A DNA stretch of 64,000 nucleotides from an uncultured Acidobacteriota bacterium (GCA_963770895.1 CAVYRF010000002.1:4288001-4352000), one strand, 5' to 3'; numbered from the stretch's first letter, positions 60,501 through 64,000 are shown. Numbers and translations are program-made. Notes: generated by a model from the sequence alone, not told the origin.

Positions 60501-63500
60501 GAGCTGCCGCTGCGGGCGGTGTTCGAGCGTTCGACGGTCGCCGGGCTGGCGCTGGAGGTCGACCGGGCGGCCAGCCTGGGCGGCAGTGTGCCGCCGCTGG
60601 TGCGCGCCGACCGGCAGGGGGAGCATCGACCTGCCGGAAGTGCCGCGACAGGCGACAGCCGCGGCCCGCTGTCGTTCGCGCAGCAGCGGCTGTGGTTCAT
60701 CGACCAGCTGGAGGGCGGGTCGCTCTACAACCTGCCGATCGCCCTGCGCATGAGCGGCGACCTGTCGGTCGCGCTGCTGGCGCGGGTGCTGGGCGAGGTG
60801 GCGCGGCGCCACGAGGTGCTGCGGACGGTGTTCCAGTCGGTGGAGGGCCGGGCGCGCCAGGTGGTGCTGCCGGCGGCCGGGCTGGGCGTCCCGGTGGTCG
60901 ACCTGACGGGTCTTGCCGCGGCGCTGCGCGAGCCGGCGGCGACCGGCCAGGCGATGGGCGAGGCGCGGCGGGCGTTCGACCTGGCGCGCGGCCCGCTGAT
61001 GCGGGTGCGGCTCTGGCGGCTTGACGCGACGGAACACCTGCTGCTGCTGGCCATGCACCACATCGTCAGCGACGGCTGGTCGATGGGCGTGCTGGTGCGG
61101 GAGGTGACGGCCCTCTATACGGCGTTCGCGCTCGGCCGGCCGTCGCCGCTGCCCGAGCTGCCGGTGCAGTACGCCGACTTCGCCGCCTGGCAGCAGAGCT
61201 GGCTCTCGGGCCAGGTGCTGGCGGCGGAGATGGATCACTGGCGCCGCCGCCTGGCCGGCGCGCCGCCGGTTTTGGAGCTGCCGACCGACCGGGCCCGCCC
61301 GCCGGTGCGCAGCTTCCGCGGCGCCACGCGCGCCCACCGCCTGTCGCCGGCGCTGACGCAGACCATCCTGGCGTTGGCGCGGCGCCGGGGGACGACGCTC
61401 TTCATGGCTCTTGCCGCCGGTTTCCAGGCCTGGCTGGCGCGCATCAGCGGCCAGACCGATTTCACCCTGGGCACGCCGATCGCCGGCCGCAACCGCCTGG
61501 AGACCGAGGGCTTGATCGGCTTCTTCGTCAACACCCTGGTGCTGCGCGCCGAGCTGTCCGACGACCCCGCCGCCGGCGAGATCCTGGACCGCGTGCGGCG
61601 GCAGACGCTGGCGGCGTATCAGCACCAGGACCTCCCCTTCGAGAAGCTGGTCGAGGAGCTCGATCCGGAGCGCAGCCTGAGCCGCGCGCCGCTGTTCCAG
61701 GTGATGCTGGTGCTGCAGAACAACGCGGCGGAACGGCTGGAGATGCCGGGCCTTGAGCTGCGGCCGGTGGCGGTCCCCACCGGGACGACCGACTTCGACC
61801 TGACGCTGGTGGCGGGGGAGAGCGAGCAGGGGCTGGACGCGATGCTCGACTACAGCACCGACCTGTTCGACGCCGCGACCGTGGCGCGGTTCCTGGCGCA
61901 GATCGAGCGGCTGCTTGGCGCCGTCGCGGCGGCGCCGGAGACGCGGCTGTCGCAGCTGCCGCTGCTCGGCGCCGGCGAACGCCACCAGGTGGTGGCCGAA
62001 TGGGCCGCCTGGAGCGAATGGGCCGGCCGCGCCGCGGCGAGCGAGGGCAGCGGCGGCGGGCCGGACCGCGCCGGGGGCGGGCTGCTGCATGCGCCTTTCT
62101 TCGCCCAGGCGGCGCTGGTTCCCGAGCGCGTGGCCTTGACCTGTGGCGAAGCGCACGTGACCTATGGCGAGCTGGCGGCTCGCGCCGGCCGCCTGGCGCG
62201 CCAGCTGGCGGTCCTGGGCGCCCGCGCCGAGGCGCCGGCCGGCATCCTGCTGGAACGCGGCGTGGATCGCATCACCGCCGTGCTCGGCGTGCTGATGACG
62301 GGCGCCCTCTACCTGCCCCTCGACCCGTCGCTGCCGCGGGAGCGCGTCGGCGAGCTGCTGGCCGGCGCCGGCGCCGCGCTGGTGGTGACGCGCGAGGAGC
62401 TGCTGGAGCTGGTGCCGGCCGCCACCACCGCCCTCTGCCTTGGACGCGACGGCGCGAACGACGCAACTGGCGCGAACGTCGCGAGCGGCGCGCACGAGGC
62501 GAACGGCGCCTACGTCCTGTACACCTCGGGCTCGACCGGCCGCCCCAAGGGGGTGCTGGTCGAGCATCGCGCCGCCGCCTGGTACTCCCGGTGCGCCGCC
62601 GGCAACTTCGCCTTGACGCCGGCCGACTGCGCCCTGCAGTTCGCCTCCCTCAGCTTCGACGTCAGCATCGAGGAGATCTTCCCGATCCTGGCGAGCGGCG
62701 GCCGGCTGGCGATCCTGCCGCCCGGCGACGTGCCGACGGCGGCCGAGTTCCTGGCCGCGTGCCGGACGGCGGGGGTCACCGTCCTCACCCTGGCGACCGC
62801 CTACTGGCACGAGCTGGCGATCGAGGTCGAGGCGCGGCCGCACACGCTGCCGCCGGCGCTGCGCCTGGTCTCGATCGGCGGCGAAAAGGCCAGGCCGGAC
62901 CGCGTCGCGTCGTGGCAGCGCGCCGCCGCCGGCAGCGCCGTGTACAACGGCTACGGCCCCACCGAAACCACCGTCATCGCCACGCTCTACCGGGTGGAGT
63001 GCGGGCCGTGGGACGCCGCGGCCGACCTGCCGCTGGGCCGTCCCATCCCCGGCGCTCGCACCTTCGTCGTGGACCGCCAGCTGCAGCCGCTGCCGCCGGG
63101 AGCGCCGGGGGAGCTGGCGATCGGCGGCGCCGGCCTGGCGCGCGGCTACCTGGGCGAGCCGGCGATGACGGCGGAGCGCTTCGTGCCGGACCCGTTCGGC
63201 GCCGCGGGCGACCGGCTGTATCGCACCGGCGACCTGGCGCGTCAGCGGCCGGACGGCCAGATCGAGTTCCTGGGGCGGATCGACCACCAGGTGAAGCTGC
63301 GCGGTTTCCGCATCGAGCCGGGGGAGATCGAGCAGGCCCTCGCCGCCCAGCCGGAAGTGACGGGGGCGGTGGTGGTGGTGCGCGAAGGCCTGCCGGGCGG
63401 CCGCGGGCTGGTGGCCTACGTCGTGCCGGCGCCGGCGGCCGGGGCAACGGCGGCGGCGCTGCGGGAAGGGCTCAAGGCCAGGCTCCCCCCCTACATGGTG

Positions 63501-64000
63501 CCGGCGCACGTGATGCTGCTCGAGGCGCTCCCCCTGACGCCCAGCGGCAAGCTGGACCGCAAGTGGCTGGCGCAGCACGGACCGCTCCCCGGCGGCGCCG
63601 ACCTGCCGGCGGCGCGGGAGTCGCGGCGGCTCAACGTGACCGAGGAGCTGCTGGCCGGGCTGTTCGCCGAGGTGCTGGAGATCGCGGCGCCGGCGATGTC
63701 CGCGAGCGCGCCGGGCGGTTCGGGCGCGCCGGCGGGCACCTCTGGGGCAGGGGTGGGGTTGGACGCCGACTTCTTCGAGCTGGGCGGCCACTCCCTGCTG
63801 GCGACGCGGCTCATGTCGCGGGTGCGGACCACCTTCGGCGTCGAGCTGCCGCTGCGGGCGATCTTCGAGCAGCCGACGATCGCCGGCCTGGCGCGGGAGA
63901 TCGACAGGGCGTTGCGGTCCGGGGCGGGCGCACCGGTCGAGGTCGCGGCGCCGGTGTCGCGCGACGCCCTTCTGCCGCTGTCGTTCTCGCAGGAGCGGCT
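36312..64000 (+). CDS. Giant hybrid NRPS-PKS (>9200 aa, 3'-truncated by window): 5x(C-A-T)-KS-AT-(decayed KR)-ACP-2x(C-A-T)-C...
   Basis: ATG 36312 overlaps the upstream stop (ATGA). All core motifs checked (HHxxxDG, YTSGxTGRPKG, YGPTE, GKxDR, GG(H/D)S) are in the same frame, and the ORF is missing from the track, as expected for one with no stop in the window. Confidence 0.92.
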   Translation, partial: MRPENLESVYRLSPVQAGILFHVLHDPQGGLYGRQLVVELAGTLDVERLAQAWAGLLERHAVLRTSFHWQEVAHPVQVVARQVALPWEELDWRQLTAAERQQAMAELLRADLARGFDLERPPLLRLTLVRTGEAAWELIWTFHHLILDGWSLLLLLREVFASYAALCQGTRPAVAKTVPYKDFVAWQERQDGAAAERFWRQLLAGFAAPTPLPVVAPPAVAAASGHRSYEERSVELAAETTAALARAARRHGLTVNTLLQGAWAVLLSRYSQEADVVFGTTVSGRSAPLAGIEAMVGLLINTLPQRVRVEDGRALLPWLRDLQQAQSELLQHEHHSLAAVQGWSELPRGLPLFDSIVVFQNLPIETILDQGFVGSLPLRLAVRRGGEPLNYPLTLIAFEGDRLDLRLSFERGRVEAAAAVRMLWHLRSLLAGMAALAASPHAVLADLSPWSAAERQQLLAEWNSGPAVPVACGSLAAHFAAVAAERPQAVAVVCAEAHLSYGELAARGRRLARHLRRCGVMPGEAVALLLERSPEMVAAILGVLAAGAAYVPLDPAYPEERLSFILADSGARVVVMDDALASRLPLPAGVRRVAPSGGAAEQDGQEIGDAAAAVGPDDLAYVIYTSGSTGRPKGVGVTHGNVLRLLTSTADDFAIGARDVWTLFHSYAFDFSVWELWGALAAGGRLVLVPWAVSRTPETFRQLLIREGVTVLNQTPSAFGQLIAVDEAAARTAGGEGDLCGLRLVIFGGEALEPRLLRPWIARHGDESPCLVNMYGITETTVHVTLRRVGIRDLEAGSRIGRPIADLAVYLLDRCLEPVPVTVTGEIFVGGAGVARGYPGRPDLTAERFVPDPFGGAAGARLYRSGDLARHRADGDLEYLGRLDHQVKVRGFRIELAEIELALASFAGVADAAVVLRRGLAGGDGLVAYLVAEPGADPRGAALRDHLKSRLPDYMIPVQVVLLAALPLTANGKLDRRWLAELAPLDAGGAGHADPASGPRPRTPVEELVGDLFAQVLAVQEVGADADFFALGGHSLLATQLLSRMRDAFRVELPMRAIFEQPTVAGLAREIAKASNLGGAVPPPLVRGERAADERPAGSAATGESRGPLSFAQQRLWFVDQLEGGSLYNVQAALAVSGELSVALLSRVLAEVVRRHEVLRTVFRAGGGQPRQVILPPAGVAVPVADLTALAAARRQPAASSLVADLAQRPFDLARGPLLRVGLLRLEQTEHVLFLALHHIVSDGWSLGVLVREVTALYTAFAAGQPSPLAPLPVQYADFASWQRRWLASATDASDAGEALSVLDRELRYWRSHLAGAPAVLDLPTDRPRPALRSIHGAVRPLALGPRLSADLAALSRREGATLFMTLASALSVLLSRFAGQSDFTLGTVVAGRHHLEIEGLIGFFVNTLVLRPELAGEPRFTELLTRMRREALEAYAHQDLPFERLVEDLAPERSLAHTPLFQVMFAWQNAALGELALPGLRLAPRAVADQTAKFDLTLSLADSGSAIAGDISYARDLFDAVTIERLAAALQVLLAAVVAEPELPISRLPLWDAGQRHQMVVEWNATGTDWPSASTLPELFALQAAAHPRRLAWELGAEELSYAELAVRADAVARYLRRQGVGSGDVVGVSLERSGAVLVAMLGIVKAGAAYLPLDADYPAERLAWMLADSGAPVVLTQESLAPRLPAAGPRVVRLDTQWEEIAAAPAAGAAGVAGAAGQAGVTPAPGAGTAAPAPHPEDPAYVMYTSGSTGRPKGVAVPHRAVVRLVLATDYVDLQAAGRIAQLSNLAFDAATFEIWGALLGGATLVGVPQEVLLSPADLAAHLAAARVRVLFLTTALFNQVAQQVPGAFAALDTVLFGGEAGDPEAVRKVLAGGAPRRLVNAYGPTENATFSTWYRVGALAAQAVTVPIGRPIANSRAYVLDAGLQPVPLGGVGDLYLAGAGLALGYWRQPELTAERFVESPALPGERLYRSGDRARLLAEGNLEFRGRDDQQVKLRGFRIELGEIELALTAIAGVGEAAVVLRGDLAGGRGLVAYVVPAAPVGASSADGVGAAGWPAELRQALAGQLPAYMVPAHVVPLAALPLTPNGKVDRRFLAERGPLPDAAAGGARTAPRTVTEELLAGIFADVLQLGDLGAEADFFALGGHSLLATQLVSRVRETFGVELPLRAVFERSTVADLAREVDTASSPRGSAPPLVRAGRQGEIPLSFAQQRLWFIDQLEGGSLYNVPIALRMSGDLSVAVLARVLGEVARRHEVLRTVFQSVAGRARQVVLPAAGLAVPVVDLTGLAAAQREPAAMGQATDEARRAFDLARGPLVRARLWRLDPAEHLLLLAMHHIVSDGWSLGVLVREVKALYAAFALGLPSPLPELPVQYADFAVWEQERFAGEALAADLTWWREHLAGAPPLLELPTDRPRPAMLQRQGGSLQLTYDVELAAALTRLAHQHGATLFMVLLAAVQSLLGRLAGAPEVTVGTPIAGRTRRETEDLIGLFVNTLVMRGDLADDPSFARHLARVRTEALAAYAHQELPFEKLVVELAPERSLNATPLFQVLLALRNVPMGTVELPGVALTPVDLEPSVTRFDLELSFTDAAAQGLAGLPGSIEYDTSLFDRTTIARLAGQLAALLRSAAAAAELRLSDLALLTAAESQQLLVEWRRHPQPLASAPVDVATRLAAAASRAPDAVALIAGSHWLSHGELDRRVRLLAQRLRGLGVKRETRVGLLVERSLDLVVGLAAIWRAGGAAVPLDPGQPRARLALMVEDALGPAGALVAQRGLLELVAALPLDRVPIAWVDAAADRATVGAPAAPAEAAEPVGAGDLAYVIYTSGTTGRPKGVMVEHGSLAHTLAAVDEMFGFGADDRMPVLASASFDIFLFELLAPLLAGGTAVLFDLQPTLDLALVAEELRTSTLLHAVPAVMRQLTAGLLAQGVECPRLRRVFVGGDAVGADLLELMRRAFPQSRLTVLYGPTEAAILASWDAGEARPGSGLGRPLPGVAVAVLDALGAPVPIGVAGELWLGGPGVARGYLGRPELTAERFVPDREGGGRRLYRTGDRVRFTAAGRLEFLGRVDQQVKVRGFRIELGEVEAALLAHPAVREAAVVARRQGGDERLVAFVVGESPPPAAELRRFLDARLLAAMVPSHFVQLAALPLSPHGKVDRRALGALATQAAAGAAGAAGDPGSFGAPRTPLEELVAGLFAEVLHLERVGPEGDFFELGGHSLLATQLASRLRQVAGAELPLRAIFEQPTVAGLARLVEEASRSAAGPARPPIQAAAREEPLPLSFAQQRLWFIDQMEGSSTYNMPIALRMSGALSVAVLRRVLAEVVQRHEVLRTVFSSVEGHPRQVILPPAGATAARVGLVDLTALPAVLRQPAATASIAAEARRPFDLARGPLLRGALWRLDATEHLLLLSLHHIVGDGWSLGVLVREVTALYTAFAAGHPSPLAPLPVQYADFAAWQREWLAGDVLAAELEHWRARLAGAPPLFELPTDRPRPAVQSFRGAVRPVSLPPALGAALTALSRRQGATLFMTLASAWSVLLSRYAGQSDFTLGTVVAGRHRLEIEGLIGFFVNTLVLRPDLAAEPRFTDLLSRLRHETLDAYAHQDLPFEKLVEELAPARSLAHSPLFQVMFAWQNAAVGELALPGLRLVPLELADETAKFDLNLALHEAAGGIAGDLSYVRDLFDAPTIARLAAAFQVLLAAVAADPDLPIARLPLLGPSERHQLAVEWNATGTSWPAGSTLPQVFALQAAAHPRRLAWDYAGEQLRYEELASRSDAMAGFLRRHGVAAGDLVGLCVERSGVLLVAMLGILKAGAAYLPLDADNPRERLAWMLEDSGTPLLLTQESLASRLPPSAARVVRLDSQWEEVVAAASPAGTLPAGSPADAAMVIYTSGSTGRPKGVVVPHRGVVRLVVANDYVDFAGLDAAAEPGRRDEPDDAGRVNRVSQTSNLSFDAATFEIWGALLSGSTLVGVPHEVLLSPADLAAYLTTARIRVLFLTTALFHQAAHQAPGMFGAIDTLMAGGEAMDPAAAQKVLASATPPRRLLNLYGPTENSVCSTWFRVELLAGEAAAHAVTVPIGRPIGNSRAYLLDAGLQPVVVGGVGELYVAGLGLALGYWRQPERTAERFLESPALPGERLYRTGDRARQLADGNFEYRGRGDQQVKLRGFRIELGEIELALTAIADVAEAAVVVRDDLPGGRSLVAYVVPAADAEPSAAGLRQALRDRLPDYMVPARFVPLAALPLTSQGKVDRRWLAQRGPLSPGGGAAAAPAGAWSSPVEELLGAIFAAVLGVGSVAADDDFFALGGHSLLATQVVSRLRATFDVELPVRLLFERSTVRELARAVEEELRRGGATAAQPPIAPRPRDGAGLRPAGSAATGESRGPLSFAQQRLWFVDQLASGSLYNVSIALRAEGDLSIAVLSRVFAEVVRRHEALRTLFRGAGGQVRQVILPPGGFDLPLVDLSAVAPALREATALAALSAEAERPFDLAGGPRDEASAGRPRRPAGLLRVRVWRLGATEHLLLVALHHIVSDGWSMGVLVQEVAALYRAFSQGEASPLAPLPVQYADFAAWQRQWLSGEVLAQELAYWRGYLAGAPPVLELPTDRPRPLVQSLRGGLLPVAFDRALAAAAAQLALRHRATLFMVLTAAFQSQLVRLSGVPDLCLGTPIAGRTRRETEGLIGFFVNTLVLRGDLGGDPSFGDHLAAVRREALAAYAHQDLPFEKLVLELAPERSLAHTPLFQVMFALQNAPMGSLDLPGVRLAPVALARDVAQFDLTLSLAAADPAEPAGLAGFVEYAEALFDRATVARWIGQLETLLRGAVASPETRLSELPLWSAAERQQLQREWRGVARPAPAASVPASLALQAALTPSAPALEWGDVRWTHAELQRRAGRLARRLRAAGVGAETRVGLLVERSADLVVGLLGIWLAGGAAVPLDPWQPVARLQLLMAEALPEGASAVVSQHVLRGLQESLELGSTPVVQVAETEDGEEAAGPDLAPAAFDACLPGAGDLAYVLYTSGSTGRPKGVMVEHGSLAHTLAAVQEAFGAAAGERMPVLAPATFDAFLLELLLPMVGGGTAVLFAIRPVVDMAQLLAELERSTRLFAVPALMQRLAAAVVERGARCPRLRQVFVGGDAAGRDLLLAMRQAFPAARRVVLYGPTEAAIAATGEEPDEGAHNGIGWPLPGVTVEVRDAAGGAVPAGAAGELWLGGPGVARGYLDRPDLTAEHFVPSWSGRGERLYRTGDRVRFHASGRLEFLGRMDKQVKVRGFRLEPGEVEAALLACPGVAAAAVLVERHGAGDERLVAYVAGAAGTAVPQGAELRRFAESRLPAYMVPSRFVGLERLPLTQHGKVDRRALAELRARGAEEAPAQAPAAGLESLVAGVFQEVLGVERVGIADNFFDLGGHSLLLTEVQSRLSKQLGEDVPLLEIFRNPNVGALARALAERRDPGSGAAAASLEALRLAAPAAAAAARAAGPEGRAVAIVGRAGRFPGAPDLEAFWRNLRDGVESISFFTAAELDLAGVDREVRRLPGYVAAGGVLAGTELFDAGFFDVGPREAQIMDPQQRVLLECCAQALESAGYGAGSPAAEAVRIGVFVGGGASSYALLNLVGHPELDGLEMALGNEKDFLATRLSYKLDLKGPALTVQTACSTSLVAVHLGVRSLLDGECELALAGGVNISPSQVAGYVYQEGSVASPDGHNRAFDARAKGSVSGNGAGVVVLKPLARALADGDTIHAVILGSALNNDGAGKVGFTAPSEEGQAKVIVAAQAAAGVSPESIAYVEAHGSATPVGDPIEVAALTRAFRLGTARRGFCAVGSVKTNIGHNGSAAGIAGLLKTVLALEHRQIPASLHFEQPNPRIDFASSAFYVNRQLAEWPAGETPRRAGVSSFGLGGTNIHVIVEEAPARPETAPSRPWQPVVLSARTPAALEAATERLAAHLAEHAELDLADVAATLATGRKGHAWRRAVICRDARDAREVLATRDPQRLLAGTVDGSRRPVALLFSGLGEQYPAMAAGLYRDLPAFRERLDRHAAVLAPILGFDPLAVLFAGADRQAAGAPAAGLDLRRMLGRRRAGTDPGVPAPADERLARTAVSQPLLFAVELALAGTWRDWGIQPQAMLGYSLGEYVAACVAGVLAAEDALRLVAERARLIDALPAGAMLAVPLGPEELRPLLAGELWVAAVNGPRLTVVSGAPGAVAELARRLDQLGTASRPLATTHAFHCPLLAPVAAALVELLRRVPLAAPRIPYLSNLTGTWITAAQATDPQYWAEQMCRPVQFAAGVAELWREPGRVLLEVGPGASLSSLALQAGGAAADPVAVSSLPGAYERQPDRVHLLGAAAKLWLSGVRLDWRAAWGGEQRRRVPLPTYPFERRRYWIERRQPDRLSGGGEAAGRAGAGAGPGLHLPAWRRTPALPVPGAAGLQAAGAPWLVLVEESGLGQRITARLRQAGARVVEVTAGTAGAGFASLRPDTFRIDPCEPRDYDLLAAALGGAGRPGPGRIVHLWGIGAGRARAAAGLGLRALLGLAQALDRAAGGNGGTGADGADGAGGAANTLALLVAADGLHPFTGSARRRAELAPLGALCQALPRELPGVASRAVDIELPRGTGGAAERRWERLAAALLAEIAAMPAAGVAGTAGAPAAAAVALRGGERWTEAFEPVPLAPAPGSSSLQGAVLLVGRRAGFLAAAASVLGQAGVRTVWEESDAGGGGTPAGAAPGGLNAAGEEPLAGVIVGEEALLGDTAPVPAARLDAAAWDALLAGVADRFADLGRRLADRQPGFRVLASSWSPLAALPAPMAATAAAAAKPEPAWRAAARGLLDALAEKAGRAEPHSPWVRVAWDGLAAMPAGMVADLLARLASEADGGRFAVSPGEAAVPRSTPEAGDFPGTLHGRPNLKHAYVAPEGEVERQLTVIWQELLGIQGIGVHDSFFELGGDSLQAVQVISRVRGAWGVEIALGALFETPTPRALAATLRTMRPDARPAIVPQPRQGGAAAELPLSFAQRRLWFIDQLEGGALYNVPLAVRLEGPLSAALLSRVLGEVVRRHEGVRTVFPGVDGQARQVILPPSAVAVAVVDLTGLAPALRQPVAADLVREDVRRPFDLARGPLLRAGLWRLGAAEHVMLLNLHHIVSDGWSLGVLLREMTALYAAFAAGQPSPLAPLPVQYADFAAWQHGWLAADAGGAGGAGTTLEAELRHWRSRLAGVPPVFELPTDRPRPAVQSFRGGVRSLALAPELAAALAALSRREGATLFMTLASALSVLLSRFAGQSDFTLGTVVAGRHHLEIEGLIGFFVNTLVLRPDLAGEPRFTDLVARMRDEALAAFAHQDLPFDKLVEDLAPERSMAHTPLFQVMFAWQNVAVGEVSLAGLRLVPLELGEEVAKFDLTLTLHDSGSGITGNISYARDLFDAATIERLAASLQVLLAAAAADPELPISRLPLSSPAQRHQLVVEWNATDTDWPSGSTLPELFALQAAAHPWRLAWELGREQLSYAELAVRADAVARYLRQQGVGCGDVVGLCIERSGAVLVAMLGIVKAGAAYLPLDAAYPAERLAWMLADSGAPVVLTQESLAPRLPAAGPRVVRLDTQWAEIAAPPAAGAAGVAGGAGVTHAAGAGDAAPATRPEDLAYVIYTSGSTGRPKGVAVPHRAVVRLVLATDYVDLEAAGRIAQTCNQAFDVATFEIWGALLCGATLVGVPQELLLSPAELAAHLAAAHVRVLFLVTALFNQVAQQAPGAFAGVDTVLFAGEAADPEAVRKVLAGGAPRRLVNAYGPTENTTFSTWYRVEALAAHAVTVPIGRPIANSRSYVLDAGLQPVPPGGVGDLYLAGAGLAVGYWRQPELTAERFVESPALPGERLYRSGDRARLLADGNLEFRGRDDQQVKLRGFRIELGEIELALTAIVGVAEAAVVLRGDLAGGRGLVAYVVPAAPGGAGDGGGVGAAGWPAELRQALAGHLPGYMVPAHVVPLAALPLTPNGKVDRRFLAERGPLPDAAAGGARIAPRTVTEELLAGIFADVLRLEGVGAEADFFALGGHSLLATQLVSRVRAAFGVELPLRAVFERSTVAGLALEVDRAASLGGSVPPLVRADRQGEHRPAGSAATGDSRGPLSFAQQRLWFIDQLEGGSLYNLPIALRMSGDLSVALLARVLGEVARRHEVLRTVFQSVEGRARQVVLPAAGLGVPVVDLTGLAAALREPAATGQAMGEARRAFDLARGPLMRVRLWRLDATEHLLLLAMHHIVSDGWSMGVLVREVTALYTAFALGRPSPLPELPVQYADFAAWQQSWLSGQVLAAEMDHWRRRLAGAPPVLELPTDRARPPVRSFRGATRAHRLSPALTQTILALARRRGTTLFMALAAGFQAWLARISGQTDFTLGTPIAGRNRLETEGLIGFFVNTLVLRAELSDDPAAGEILDRVRRQTLAAYQHQDLPFEKLVEELDPERSLSRAPLFQVMLVLQNNAAERLEMPGLELRPVAVPTGTTDFDLTLVAGESEQGLDAMLDYSTDLFDAATVARFLAQIERLLGAVAAAPETRLSQLPLLGAGERHQVVAEWAAWSEWAGRAAASEGSGGGPDRAGGGLLHAPFFAQAALVPERVALTCGEAHVTYGELAARAGRLARQLAVLGARAEAPAGILLERGVDRITAVLGVLMTGALYLPLDPSLPRERVGELLAGAGAALVVTREELLELVPAATTALCLGRDGANDATGANVASGAHEANGAYVLYTSGSTGRPKGVLVEHRAAAWYSRCAAGNFALTPADCALQFASLSFDVSIEEIFPILASGGRLAILPPGDVPTAAEFLAACRTAGVTVLTLATAYWHELAIEVEARPHTLPPALRLVSIGGEKARPDRVASWQRAAAGSAVYNGYGPTETTVIATLYRVECGPWDAAADLPLGRPIPGARTFVVDRQLQPLPPGAPGELAIGGAGLARGYLGEPAMTAERFVPDPFGAAGDRLYRTGDLARQRPDGQIEFLGRIDHQVKLRGFRIEPGEIEQALAAQPEVTGAVVVVREGLPGGRGLVAYVVPAPAAGATAAALREGLKARLPPYMVPAHVMLLEALPLTPSGKLDRKWLAQHGPLPGGADLPAARESRRLNVTEELLAGLFAEVLEIAAPAMSASAPGGSGAPAGTSGAGVGLDADFFELGGHSLLATRLMSRVRTTFGVELPLRAIFEQPTIAGLAREIDRALRSGAGAPVEVAAPVSRDALLPLSFSQER
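39594..39632 (+). repeat. 39-bp in-frame hairpin insert, copy 1
   Basis: CGACCTGCCGGAAGTGCCGCGACAGGCGAAAGCCGCGGC. Confidence 0.85.
39633..42870 (+). other. Module 2: LCL C, A(Ile/Val-like), T (approximate)
   Basis: LSFAQQRLWF, HHIVSDGWS; code DAFFLGATFK. Confidence 0.78.
42935..46090 (+). other. Module 3: C, A(arylglycine-like code, uncertain), T (approximate)
   Basis: Code DIFHFGLILK; GGD instead of GGE. Confidence 0.7.
46160..49370 (+). other. Module 4: C, A(hydrophobic), T (approximate)
   Basis: HHIVGDGWS; code DAFFMGLVCK. Confidence 0.72.
49437..49475 (+). repeat. 39-bp in-frame hairpin insert, copy 2
   Basis: Identical to copy 1. Confidence 0.85.
49476..52670 (+). other. Module 5: C, A(unassigned), T (approximate)
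   Basis: Code DALFFGLIAK; paralogue of the module 3 A domain; T directly precedes the KS. Confidence 0.7.
52776..57270 (+). other. PKS module: KS-AT(malonyl-type)-decayed KR-ACP (approximate)
   Basis: KS TVQTACSTSL (Cys codon 53283), EAHGSAT, NIGH; AT GYSLG (Ser codon 54708), HAFH; ACP GGDS near 57150. Confidence 0.88.
57335..60570 (+). other. Module 6: C, A(aliphatic, variant of module 2), T (approximate)
   Basis: Code DVFFLAATFK; DNA nearly identical to module 2 at an offset of about 17.7 kb. Confidence 0.75.
60627..60665 (+). repeat. 39-bp in-frame hairpin insert, copy 3
   Basis: One substitution (GAAA to GACA) relative to copy 1. Confidence 0.85.
60666..63910 (+). other. Module 7: C, A(probably basic residue), T (approximate); next C begins near 63975
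   Basis: Code DVETSGGVIK, with acidic residue at position 239 as in Lys/Orn/Arg-type domains; LPLSFSQER at the window end. Confidence 0.7.

Noticed and set aside
1-64000. tRNA, rRNA, transposase or integrase genes
   Set aside because: None recognised by eye and intergenic spaces are short; a tRNAscan/Infernal run would be needed to exclude small RNAs.

Overview
High-GC bacterial DNA; the ADOP-type permease, RiPP leader styles and NRPS style suggest Acidobacteriota, but this is inference only. In order: (1) 12-8657 (+): OmpR-type two-component system, tripartite RND efflux system and a YncE-like beta-propeller. (2) 8678-15277 (-): translationally coupled operon of an LCAT/PGAP1-like lipase and two different caspase-like CHAT proteases, a candidate undescribed conflict or cell-death system. 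(3) 16002-22953: RiPP region with an orphan 9-Cys precursor, a deletion-damaged esterase, a cupin, and a lanM-lanA-cyclic-peptide-exporter operon with no leader protease. (4) 23067 to the window end (+), divergent from lanM: stand-alone adenylating enzyme, DegT-type aminotransferase, three-gene split transketolase (one C-terminal paralogue degenerate), sulfotransferase, ADOP permease, a T-C-A(Ser)-T NRPS that appears to have lost its E domain, and a >9200-codon NRPS-PKS hybrid starting at 36312. The giant gene is absent from the ORF track because it runs off the window. It has 7 complete NRPS modules, a PKS module with a decayed KR, recent duplications with breakpoints inside C domains, and short in-frame hairpin inserts. 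A-domain codes were read by eye and internal domain boundaries are approximate. No rRNA, tRNA, CRISPR array or transposase was recognised.
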